From Ascoidea asiatica JCM 7603 (lineage: Eukaryota > Fungi > Ascomycota), in NCBI GenBank assembly GCA_001600695.1, contig BCKQ01000005.1:237496-301495 (forward strand): 64,000 nt of DNA, given 5' to 3'. The notes beneath the pieces are model-generated. The model did no database searches. It saw only the letters and a list, made by a program, of their open reading frames with translations, and had not been told where the DNA came from. A program made the translations under genes and the position numbers. Positions 21,035 through 33,000 of the stretch are shown here, one piece after another. The stretch's first letter is position 1, and every line of letters starts with the position of its first letter.

Positions 21035-24000
21035 TTACAGCTAACTCTTCAACTAATATTGGTGTAAATACTAATATAAGTCCTTCAAATATAAATGACA
21101 ACATAAATACTTCCTATCAATCAAGGAAATTCAATAAGGGTCGCAATGATTATCTGAATGCAAGTAGAAAGTCTCAATTTTCAGGTTCATATCATTCTAG
21201 TAGAAATAATGAGAAACTAAATTCAACTAACCGAAATACCTACTCTAATTATAATTCGAATTACAATAAATTTGGTAATAATTCTACAACTTACAATAAT
21301 TTCCCAAAGTCTTATCATCAAAATTCTTATAATCAAAATTCTAAATATTTTGATCCAAAAAGAAAAGATTATTCAACTTATGATTCAATCAATGCAAATC
21401 AAACTGATAAAAAACCAGATCAATACTCTCAAAAACTCTCAACTTCAAATCTTTCTAATAAGTCTCGATTTTTAAATACCAAAAAACAGCAATCATATAA
21501 TCAGAATTCATACCTAAACATACCTTATTATCAGTCAAATGATAATAATTCCTTTTCATTGCACCAAGAAAATTCTCGTATAAAGTCCAACCAATTCTTT
21601 AATCCTGTTAAAACAAAATCTCCAGTCTCACATTGTTCTCTGCCAAATTCAAATCTAAATTTAACTAATGACTCTTTTAGCGAAGAAAATAATACTTCAA
21701 AAGAGATAATCAAAAATTCTCCAAAAGATCAAGAGAGACACCCGAATGCTCAAACACAACAATCTAAATTTAATAATGAGTCTATAGACGTTTCTTCTAG
21801 AGACACGTTAGATAAAGAAATAAGAAACAATTTAAATATTCAAGGAAACTTGCCACTTCTAGAGTTTCATAAAGAGGACAGACCTAATAAAGACCTATTC
21901 GGAGAAACACAAAAATCTCAAAAAAATATACCCGTAATAATAAACAGAGAAATTTTAGAGAAAACCGGTAGCAGCAAAAATATTCAAAGTTCAATTATTT
22001 CTAGTGGAAGTGATGATAAAATACTTTTCAACCTGGTTCCAAGTTTTTCGGGTTATATTGACAGTCCAAATGATAGTATTAATAAAAGTAAAATGCTCAC
22101 CAAGCCTGATATTATTTCCTATCCTAGAGAGTGTCAAAAAAAATCTATAATTAGCTCAATAGGTAGATCACAAAAGAAAGAAGAAACAAGGCAACATGAG
22201 ATAGAGGAAAAGGATGCAAATAAGGAAGAAATATTTGAAAGCACAAACGGAAATTTTCCTAAAATTCAATCCGTAAAGCAAGAAAATTATCAGGAAAAAA
22301 GAATCAAAATTAATCTCGAAAAAAATAAAGAAGTTAAAGAGGAGAGCTCTCGCGATGGAGAAACTAAGAAAGAAGGAAAAAAAGTTGAGAAATTTATCGA
22401 GAAAAATAACTCAACTAACCAAGACAAAATTGTCAATATTATACCGAATAATAAGAATGGAAAAGATGATGAACATTTAGATAAAGTTGTAAACTTTTCA
22501 AAGAAGTCAGAAAAGAACGTCTCAATTCATAAAGCTTCAAGGAATACTGTGACTTCTAGCATTTTCACTAGTAAATCGATTAATGATCTTAGCAAGGGTT
22601 CCAGTAAGAAAAAAACGTTAAAACAAAATAATCGTAATGAATCAACTAATGAAATCCCTAATAAACAAAAAGCTGATCTTAGTAAGAATGATGGCATACT
22701 TGATATGGTTAGTAATTATGAAAAAGCTTCTTTGAAATCATCAGCGTTATATAAAAAAGAAAATCAGAGGTCCAAGAAAATCGATCACAAAAGAAAACGA
22801 AATCATATTTCGTCTAATAAAATTGAAGATAACCCGAATTCTCCAAGTTCTTTAGAGAGTAGAAGTGGATCCCCAATGACAGTTTTAAATAAAGAAAAAA
22901 ATGTGTTGAAGAAAAGAAGAAAAGCGTATTATACCGAAAGTGAAGAAGAAGGAGATAGTAAAGTCTCAAACGTATCCTCTGAACCCGATACAGATGTTGC
23001 AGACTCCCCTCCTGTAACACATCAAAAAAAATTACTTGGTAGAAAAAAAAAAGTTGAGAGTCAGAGGCCTGTAGGTCGTGGAGCTGGGAAAGCCACATTT
23101 AAAAGACAAACTCGTGGTTCGAGAGATCCTACTGGCAGATCAAAACTACAAAAGGCTTGCTCTAAAGGTAATTATGATTTAGCAAAGCAATTAATTGAAG
23201 AAGGTGCTGACGTTGATAGTCGTGATAATGCCGGAACAACTGGTCTTCACGAAGCTTGTCTCAAAGGCTATTTGAACATCGTGAAACTATTGATAAACTC
23301 AAGCGCAACCATTGATATCAAAACGGGGTTGGAAAATGATACTCCATTAATAGATGCCGCTTCTAATGGTCATCATAATGTGGTAAAATATCTTTTAGAA
23401 AAAGGTTCTGACCCTAGAATAATGAATGAACAAGGTCAGACTGCCATGGATGTTTTAGATGATGATGATGAAGAAACAGCTGAAACAAGAAAATTACTAA
23501 GAGAAGCGGCCTTAAAATTGAAAACAGCAGAAAAACCTTCAGAAGATTTTTCTGATCCGGATACTGACTCCACATCTAGTGAAGAAAAAAACGAATTTAC
23601 CAAACACAGAAGAGGAGCTTCAAATCATCAATCTAGAAGTGATATTTTATTGGTCGATCTTACTACCCGAACTGGAAGAAATGAAATTTATAAAAGAGCA
23701 AGTGATGGTGATTATGAGTATGTCATTACTTACATAATTAATGGGGGTGTACCGGATGTTGAAGTTCTTTTATTGGCAGCACGATATGGACATGCAGATA
23801 TTGTTAGTGTTTTGTTAGGGTCTGGTGCGAATGTTAATCAATTATTAGATGATGGTTCTACTGTCCTAATGAATACTGTTGGACGAGGGCATGTTGGTAT
23901 AGTAAAGCTTTTACTTGAAAATGGAGCAAATCCTTTGAAAAAAAGACCTGGCGATTTTAAAACAGCGTTCGATATAGCAAAAGATTCTGATCTTGCCGAA

Positions 24001-25725
24001 GAAGAAGAAATTCTTGAAATAAAGAAATATTCTAAATTATTCAAAAAAAATAAGGGCAATAATGCAAGTGAACTTCTGCCTGGTGTGTCAGGGGAGAATG
24101 CCAAAAAGTCTCGTAAAAGAAAGTTGATCAGGGGATCTGATAGAGGATCCGATAAAGGATCAGAAAGCTCATCTATTCAAGATTTTACTACAAAAAAATC
24201 CAGAAAATCTCCCTCAATTATGTCAGATGATAATTACGATTCTAAAAAATTGTCTGAACAGCCTGAAAATATAGACTGTAAGGTAAAGCAAGAAAAAAAT
24301 TTTAAGGATATGAAAAAAAATTTAATTCCACTAAAAAATGAGCAGGAAAGTGATCTATTAAGGTCAGAAAATTTAACTTTACCTTCAGAATTATCTCTTA
24401 TTCAACCAAAATTGGACAAAGAAGTTCATAAAGATGATTTAGCTGATATAATTCGTGAAAAAAATTCGAAAAGTAACCTGGATCTTAATAATATTTTCAA
24501 TGATGATGATGATCCCAAAAATAGTGATAAAAAAGAAAATGTAATTGAGAAAAAGTCAATGGTTCACTTGGATGAAAAGCATAAGATTTTAAATACAACA
24601 TTGAAAGAAAAAGTTCCAGGCGTATCCGAGGAAAAAAGAGAAAAATCACCTTCTTCAACTATTATGAAATCTAGATCTGTAACCCCAAATTTTATCAGTT
24701 CATCTTCAGCAGTTGTTTCCCCAGATAAAAACTTAACTGATAAATTAAATGCAATACCGGAAGAGAAGAGTCCAAGAAAGGAAGGGAAAGTTGAAAAGGA
24801 ATCAGAAACAAGCCTGGTATTGGAGGAAAAAAAATTAGAATACAAAAAATTGAAAGAAAAGGAAGCTAGAGAGTTATATGAACAAAAAAAAGAAGCTGCA
24901 AAGAAGGCTAGAAGACAAAAAATTTTGGATAGTATAAAAGAAAATGAAAAACGAAAAGAGGAAGAGAAAAAAAAGATTAGTCTTCAGGAAGAAGAGAAAC
25001 GAAAAATTGCTAAATTGGAAGCTGAGGAAGAAGAGAAAAAAATTAGGATTAAATTCTTGAAAGAAAAAAAAAGGAAAGAGCAAATTCAAAGAAAAAAAAT
25101 ACGAGAGTACTATCCATATGAACTTAGGGTGGCAGAATTTTTTCCTGCCGGAAAAGATTTTCGTTCACAGGAAGAAATTTTTATTAATTCAATGAAATAT
25201 TTACCATTCTATTACATTGTGGAAAGAAATGAAAAATGGGTTGTCGATTTACAAGTTAATTTAGTAACAGCATTAGAAAATCTATATGACAAATATCCTA
25301 AAGTTGCCAGATTTTCTGTTAGTCCAAAACAAAAGTTAAGACTATGGAATATATTGTATCCTGTTCTTGGTGATAAAAGACCTGTAGGAATCAAGAAGCA
25401 ATTGGAGAACTTTAAGAAAGAAGAAAGTATATTTGAGCTATTGGAATTAAATTGGGTCAAATTCAGTAATGTTGAAGATTTTTTACAAAAAGATTACAAA
25501 GATATCATTAAAGCAATGGAAAAACAGAATATGATTGAAATTGATTTAGATATGGATATGAGAATTAGAGAAAAAGGTAAGTTAAATGATAATGAATTGG
25601 ATATGAGTATGGAAGATTCAAGCAGTAGTTCAAAAAAAGTTTTGGTTCCTAGAAAATTTGCAGGTAGAAATTTAGCTTTAAAAAGTATATATAATAGTAA
25701 CTTTAGTGATATGAAAGAGTGGTAG
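20524..25725 (+). CDS. HOS4: Ankyrin-repeat protein, Set3C deacetylase complex subunit Hos4-like
   Basis: RDPTGRSKLQKAC..G, DNAGTTGLHEACLKG and DTPLIDAASNGH ankyrin repeats; a second ankyrin cluster; charged coiled coil and a conserved C-terminal YLPFYY..WVVDLQV block. Confidence 0.75.
20995..21033 (+). repeat. (AAT)13 microsatellite giving poly-Asn in HOS4
   Basis: Directly visible. Confidence 0.9.
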
Positions 25726-26035
25726 AATAATTTTTATTGAATCTCTTTGAGTTTTTGCTATTTAATTTTTTTTTTTTTGTTTTGTGATGTATTATAAATT
25801 TTTGATTTTTGATTTTTGATTTTATAATTGTGTAATATAAAAAGACTTAGTAGGCAAAAATTATGAACAAAATTTTTGTTTGATTTATTAAATTTAAAAT
25901 AGAATATGGAATGTATAAATTATAAGAGTAAATAGATATTAAATATTGAATACTAAAAAAAAATATAAAATATTAAATATAAAATATAAAACATGAAATA
26001 TGAAAGAAAAACAAAAGTGTTCTTGAAAATTTAGC

Positions 26036-26632
26036 TTAGATTGATTGTTGAGGAGTCACACCATTTGGTCCTAAAGTTGGATTTTTATAGAATTTAGCCC
26101 TCTTATTTTTATAATCTTTAACAGCACTTTTAATTGCATCTTCAGCAAGCATAGAACAATGCAATTTTACAGGAGGTAAAGATAATTCTTTGGCTATTAA
26201 AGTATTTTTTATTTCTAGAGCTTCGTTTATATTTTTACCTCTAATTAATTCAGTTGCAAAACTTGAAGAAGCAATGGCAGAGCCACAGCCAAAAGTTTTG
26301 AATTTTACATCTTCTATAGTACCATCATCAGATACTTTTATTTGTAATCTCATTACATCACCACAAGCTGGAGCACCTACTAAACCAGTTCCAACGTCTG
26401 GAGAGTTTCTATCTAAAGAACCGACATTTCTAGGATGCTGATAATGATCAATAACTTTTGGATGATAAGATCTTTTCTGAATATTAATATTGGATATAAT
26501 TGAGATTGATTGTGAGTTAGATAAATTTTCTGAATTTATTGATTTTAAAGATTTAATATACACAGCTGATGGAATTATATTTCCAGAAAGCATTTGCTTT
26601 GGTATACTAGTCAAAATAGATCTGGTGAACAT
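26036..26632 (-). CDS. ISU1: Mitochondrial Fe-S cluster scaffold Isu1
   Basis: YHPKVIDHY, GAPACGDVM, FGCGSAIASSS and LPPVKLHCSMLAEDAI motifs. Confidence 0.97.
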   Translation of the reverse strand: MFTRSILTSIPKQMLSGNIIPSAVYIKSLKSINSENLSNSQSISIISNINIQKRSYHPKVIDHYQHPRNVGSLDRNSPDVGTGLVGAPACGDVMRLQIKVSDDGTIEDVKFKTFGCGSAIASSSFATELIRGKNINEALEIKNTLIAKELSLPPVKLHCSMLAEDAIKSAVKDYKNKRAKFYKNPTLGPNGVTPQQSI

Positions 26633-27234
26633 TTTGCTATAAATTATACTGAGAGTTTATAAGGAATAAATATTTTGTAAGTAGAATGAAGTAAATTTAA
26701 TTAGATTATATAAAAAAAATCAATAAAATTTTTTTATTGAATAATTATATGAAATTTTATTAAATATTAATGTAATGAATTGTAAAAAATAAGTAAATAT
26801 ATTTAAATAAAAGGAATTTAACAGTTTTATATAAAACTAGATATTGATATTTTATTAAATTTATAATAAAAGTGTAATATGAGAATAGCAAGAATAGATT
26901 TAGTAATCGTAATTTACTATGATATTTGAACTATTATGTAGTTTTATCTACCTAGCTAATCTGCTTGATGTACTGTTGGCCGTGATAAAACTAGTAGTAG
27001 TAAATCAAAGGATAAAATGAAAAGCAGCAAAAACAAGTCAAAACTAGTCAAAAAATAAGTCAAGAATTCAAAAACTCAAAGAAATTCCAGAAAAAATTCA
27101 CAGAAAAAGCAGAGAAAACAAAAAAATAAAAACAATCACGGCAATTGTTCCTTCACTACATAAACATCAACAACAGTGGACTTAACCTGAAAACAACACT
27201 AGTAAACTACTAACCCGCCATAGACCGCTAAAGC

Positions 27235-27241
27235 TGCACCC
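27235..27241 (+). promoter_or_regulatory. Aft1/Aft2-type iron-responsive element in the ISU1-SDH3 divergent promoter
   Basis: Exact TGCACCC ~600 bp upstream of ISU1. Confidence 0.4.
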
Positions 27242-28186
27242 GCTTCCACAATATTCTGTTCTAGGAAATTAATAATCAGTCTTAGTTCTGGGCTTTTATT
27301 ATGTCTTTAGATATCAAGACTCAAGTCTTGAGCCTTTTATCTTGCAACTATGGTTTGAAGCTCGAGATCTTAAGTCCGCTCTGCAGTGCGATGATTTAAC
27401 TTGAACTTCAAAAAACACTGTGATGCTACACCGTCAGCATGACTGGGGGTGGGGAATACCATTCTCTTAAGGGCTGACTGATACACTCAAACCTTTAGGT
27501 ATCCGAAAACCGGCAGCAATCACGTTTATTTTAATCAAAAAAAAATTAATCACATGAGTTTACGTAACTTTGTTTTACATATTTCTGCATATAAATGTAA
27601 CTAGAGGTATTTTAAAACATTATATTGCAAGTATTCAATATTTATATGATTTCAAAACAACTTCTTCTTATTGGCTGAAGAGCAGTAAAACAGAGCTTTC
27701 TGGACCGTCTTCGGAAAACAGCATATCTGGGGAAAAACCTGTGATCCAGTCGATGAAATGGATCCAGAGCAATGGTTTCATAGTTTTGGGACTGTGCTTT
27801 TTTTTGAGTCTTTAAGCTGCTTTTCTCATTGATTATTGGTTTGAACTGTAGAGTAGATCTTAGCTATGAATCCATACAGTAGCATAGTAATTCAGATCGA
27901 ATGTAAACTCATTAACCTAAACTGAAGTTGTTATTTGGATTTATCAGATATGATATGATATGATATTATAATAATATACCTTGAAAATATAATAACAAAA
28001 ATCTAATTTTAATAGACTATACTAATTATTAAATTACTATCATTGCTTTACTTAAGTCCTAATAAAACTTTTTTATATTTTATTAAGCACATTCAATTAA
28101 ATTCGTCAAGATAGAAATTGAATTATTTTGTTTATTATTGAATCTTACAAATTGCAAAAAAAAGAGTTATACAATATTGATTAAAA

Positions 28187-28762
28187 ATGTTTGCTCGTGG
28201 AAGTCTAGGACTTGTTAAATCAACTTTTTCAAAACAATCAATTAAAAATTTCAATAATGTTAAACCTTTTATATTAAAATCTTCTATATCTTCAACCACT
28301 TCTCAATCTTCCTCAATTTCAACTACTCCAACCATCGAAACTACTCCTGATGAAGAACAATCAATTTTAGTAGCCCAAAGAGTTAATAGACCAACTTCTC
28401 CACATTTAGATATATATAAACCTCAATTAACAATGGTTTTATCTGGTGCTCATCGTATAACTGGTGTATTTATGGCTTTTGGTTTTTATGGAATAACTTG
28501 TTCTTATACTGCTGCAACTATTCTTGGTTTACCTTTTGATCATCATTTATTTTTCAGTTTAATTGAATCTTTACCAGTATATTTACAATATGCTTTCAAA
28601 GCTGCCTTAGCTTATCCTTTTGCTTTTCATTTAGGTAATGGTTTAAGACATTTTGTTTGGGATTTCGGTAAAGAATTATCAATCAAAGGTATCTATAGAA
28701 CTGGTTATGCTGCTTTAGCCTTTGGTGCTGTTTTTGGTTCTGCTTTAATCTTATTTAAATAG
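28187..28762 (+). CDS. SDH3: Succinate dehydrogenase cytochrome b560 subunit
   Basis: NRPTSPHLDIYKPQLT, HRITG and FHLGNGLRHFVWD motifs. Confidence 0.95.
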   Translation: MFARGSLGLVKSTFSKQSIKNFNNVKPFILKSSISSTTSQSSSISTTPTIETTPDEEQSILVAQRVNRPTSPHLDIYKPQLTMVLSGAHRITGVFMAFGFYGITCSYTAATILGLPFDHHLFFSLIESLPVYLQYAFKAALAYPFAFHLGNGLRHFVWDFGKELSIKGIYRTGYAALAFGAVFGSALILFK

Positions 28763-29064
28763 ACAATTTCAATTTAATCGATTCATAAATCTATACATTT
28801 AAATTATTCTGACTCTTTCATCAATATTTTGAATTATATTTCATTTAATTTATATATATTTGAAACTAAAAAATTATAAAATCATAAAATAGTAAAAAAA
28901 AAGATTTAAATTTTTATATATACATATTACTATTTCTCAATTATGTCACAAATATTTATTTTCTCTTTATCTATAAGATTTTTATATACATTTGACTTGA
29001 ATATAAGTTCTGATTAAAAAATTATAAATATTTTATACAATTGTTTTTTATACAATTCATAAAT

Positions 29065-29502
29065 CTAAAAATTATCTGGATTTGTTCTGATTGATAATCT
29101 CGTCCATTTTGGTACTTTATGTATACTTTTTCTATAACCTCTTGACGTTTTACAAAAAACTGTATATTTATCTCTTGATGGCATTTCATATTCTTTTGGA
29201 AAAATATTAGAATCATTTAATAATTCTAATTTTTTAGGTATTTCTTGTTGGGTACTTTTCAATCCTTTAGTTAATAATTTTATTGTATTATCCACATTCT
29301 TTAATCTTTTTCTTTGACGTGCTTTTTGTGGTGATGATAATCTCCATGGGGTTTTCCTTTTTTGAAAAATCAATAAAAAAAATGTTAGTTAAATATTATT
29401 AAGATGGTATAAAATACAAATACAATTTTATATTCCTTTGAAATAAACTCACCATAATAAACCACCAAGGGCAACTGGTGAAGCTTTGAAAACACCAAAC
29501 AT
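29065..29502 (-). CDS. MRPL31: Mitochondrial ribosomal protein mL60/YmL31, 113 aa, two exons (29502-29453, 29356-29065)
   Basis: Exon 1 encodes MFGVFKASPVALGGLL(W). The intron GTGAGT(29452)..AACTAAC(29390-29384)..AAG(29357) restores GGLLWKTPWRLS. MPSRDKYTVF and YRKSIHKVPKWTR motifs follow. Confidence 0.92.
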
Positions 29503-29734
29503 AATCAGAATTGCTTTAAAGAAGTTATTCTTTGATACCTAAAAACAAACTTCACTTTCAATATTACTTTCTTGGGAATTTTATTTGAATTGAATTAGTA
29601 TTGTAATGCATTTCAATTATTTGGTCAAGTTTCAGATTCCTGATCGAAATCAACATCTTTAGAGAATTTTTCGAATACCCACGGGCCCCAAATAAAAAAT
29701 ATCACATGATTTTAGGTAATCATTATTTGTTAAT

Positions 29735-29778
29735 ACGCGTTAATCAATTTAATCTTTTAAAAATTTGATAGTTACGCG
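29735..29778. promoter_or_regulatory. MCB elements upstream of POL2
   Basis: ACGCGT 29735-29740 and ACGCG 29774-29778; POL2 is a classic MBF target. Confidence 0.65.
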
Positions 29779-30095
29779 CCATGAATAACTTTATAAAAGT
29801 ATATTTTGAAATATGATTTTTAGCTATTACCGGTTTCTCGAATTCTAAATTGAAATAATTTCAATCTTTCAATGAAAAATTTAATATAATATTAATTGGT
29901 TTCAAATTTAATTGTAAGAGTATACTTAAGAATCTTTCTTTATTTCTTGCTAAATTATTCATTCTTTTAGTGTTATATACAACAGATTCATTTTGAATTC
30001 AGCAAATAATGAATTATACCTCAAGTTAATTAATGAACTTCTTTTTATAATAATTTCATATCAATAAGAATAGCAAATCTAAAGAAAAAAAAAGA

Positions 30096-33000
30096 ATGGC
30101 TAAAAGAAGTAAATTTGAAAAATCCAAATATGGTAACTCCAACGATAATAATTTTTTCTCAAAAAATGAAAATGCTTTAAACAAAAAGCTAATAAAATTA
30201 GATCAATCTAAAAAAATCGATGAAATTGATTCACTTATGGGATTTGATAGATTTGAAACTGGGCCAAAAAAATCGGGATGGTTAGTTAATATTCATCCTT
30301 CAACTATATACAATGAGTCTGATTCAAGATTACTTGGTAATGCTGCCGTCGATTTATACTTCTTGGATAAAGAAGGTGGAACTTTCAAAGCTACTATTCA
30401 ATACGATCCTTACTTTTTATTATCCTGTACAAACATCGATTATCAAAATGAAATTGAAGAATACTTAACAAGAAAATTAGATGGACTAGTAAAGGGTATA
30501 AAAGGATTGACAAAAGAAGATTTGTCTCAAACAAATCATTTATTGGGTTTAAAACAAAATTATCTTAAAATATTTTTTCATAATATAACGGATTTATTCG
30601 AGGCTAGAAGAATTATAAATCAAATAATTGATTTAAATAAAAAAAATAATGAAATGAAAAATATTTATGAATCGTTACTTGATTTGGATAACTTCAATGA
30701 CAATAAAATCAATGAACTTGAAAATGATGAAAGAACAAATCCTTCAAGATTTATAAGCGATATCAGAGAATATGATGTTCCGTTTCATGTCAGAGTTGCA
30801 ATTGATAAGAATATACGGGTAGGAAAATGGTACAGTGTTGATCCTAATGGTGATTCTGAAAATAATATAGTATTAGAAGAACTTGATATTGTGGCTCCAG
30901 CAGATCCAGTTATTTTGGCTTACGATATTGAAACAACAAAAGCCCCATTGAAGTTTCCAGACTCAAGTATTGACCAAATAATGATGATATCTTATATGAT
31001 TGATGGGGAAGGGTTTCTTATAACCAACAGAGAAATTATCAGTAAGGATATTGATAATTTTGAATATACTCCGAGATCCGAATATAAAGGATTATTTGAA
31101 ATATATAATGCAGAGAATGAAGAGGATTTGATTAAATATTTTTTTGATCATATAAAAGAGTCAAAGCCTACAGTCATTGCAACATTTAATGGTGATTTCT
31201 TTGATTGGCCTTTTGTAGAAGCAAGAGCTGAGTACCATAATATTTCAATGTTTGATGAGATTGGTTTTAAAAAAGATTCAGAGGGTGAGTATAAATCAGC
31301 CTATTGCGCTCATATGGATTGTTATAGATGGGTTAGACGTGATTCTTACTTACCACAAGGATCACAAGGTTTGAAGGCTGTTACATTGGCAAAACTTGGG
31401 TATAATCCGTTAGAATTAGACCCAGAATTAATGACTCCTTATGCAATTGAAAAACCTCAAGTATTGGCCGAATATTCTGTCTCTGATGCTGTAGCCACTT
31501 ATTATTTGTATTATAAATATGTTCATCCATTTATATTTTCATTGGCAACCATTATACCGCTAAATCCCGACGAGGTTTTAAGGAAGGGTACAGGTACTTT
31601 ATGTGAAATGCTATTGATGGTTCAAGCTTATAGTCATAATATTGTTTTCCCAAACAAACATAAAGACACTTTGGAAAAATTCTTTGATGGACATTTGTTG
31701 GAATCTGAAACTTATGTCGGAGGACACGTTGAGTCATTGGAAACTGGTGTATTTAGATCTGATTTGAAAAGCACTTTTACTATTGACCCTTCTGTAGTTG
31801 ATGAATTTTTAGATGATCTCTCCGAAATTATAAAGTTCTCTGTTCAAGATGAAAATAAAAAGTCCATGGAAGATGTCTTGAATTATGAAGAGGTTTATGA
31901 TCAAATTAAAAGTCAATTACTTGATTTTCAATCTAAGCCTAAACTCAATGAAAATCCATTGATTTACCATGTTGATGTAGCTTCTATGTATCCCAATATT
32001 ATGATATCCAATAGACTTCAACCTGATTCTATAAAAACTGAAAAGGATTGTGCGTTATGTGAGTTTAATACTATAGATAAGCAATGTGATAGAAGATTAA
32101 CGTGGGCTTGGAGAGGTGAGTTTTATCCTGCAAAAATGGATGAATATAACATGATCAAAAGAGCTTTGCAAAATGAAACTTTTCAAGTTTCTAAAAGTAA
32201 CTTTGATGAAACTAAAGTAGAAAAGGACTTTGGCAACTTAAGTTACTCTGATCAAATGTCTTTTATCAAGAAAAATCTTAACAGCTATTCCAGGAAAGTT
32301 TACCACAGAACAGTTGTAACAGAAACTAAGAATAAGGAGGCAATTGTTTGCCAAAGAGAGAATCCTTTTTATATTGACACAGTTAGAAGTTTTAGAGATC
32401 GTCGTTATACATATAAAGGAAAAGCTAAAGAATGGAAAAAGAAAGTTTCTCAAATAAACAGCGAAGATCATCATACGCTAGAAGAAGCTAAAAAAATGGT
32501 AATAACTTATGACTCTTTGCAATTGGCCCACAAGGTCATTTTGAATTCATTCTATGGGTACGTCATGAGAAGGGGATCCAGATGGTATTCCATGGAAATG
32601 GCAGGAATAACTTGTTTGACAGGTGCCACGATTATTCAAATGGCTCGTGCAATGGTTGAAAGATTTGGAAGACCTCTTGAGCTTGATACTGACGGTATCT
32701 GGTGTATAATACCATCTTCTTTTCCTGATGAGTTTACTATTAAGCTTAAAAAAGGAAAAATTACTTTAAATTTTTTATGTACCATGCTTAATTATTTGGT
32801 GCATAAAAAGTTTACTAATGATCAATACCATGAATTGATAGACGCCAAACATTTTGAGTATTCTGTTCACAAAGAAAATTCCATTTATTTTGAACTAGAT
32901 GGCCCATATAAAGCAATGGTATTACCAACTTCTAAAGAGGAAGGAAAAGGTATCAAGAAAAGATATGCTGTTTTTAATGATGATGGATCCTTGTCAGAGT

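Noticed and set aside
27385-27482. Possible C/D snoRNA (ATGA...CTGA) in the ISU1-SDH3 gap
   Set aside because: The box C is poor, and the rRNA-like word TCTCTTAAGG is in the sense rather than guide orientation.
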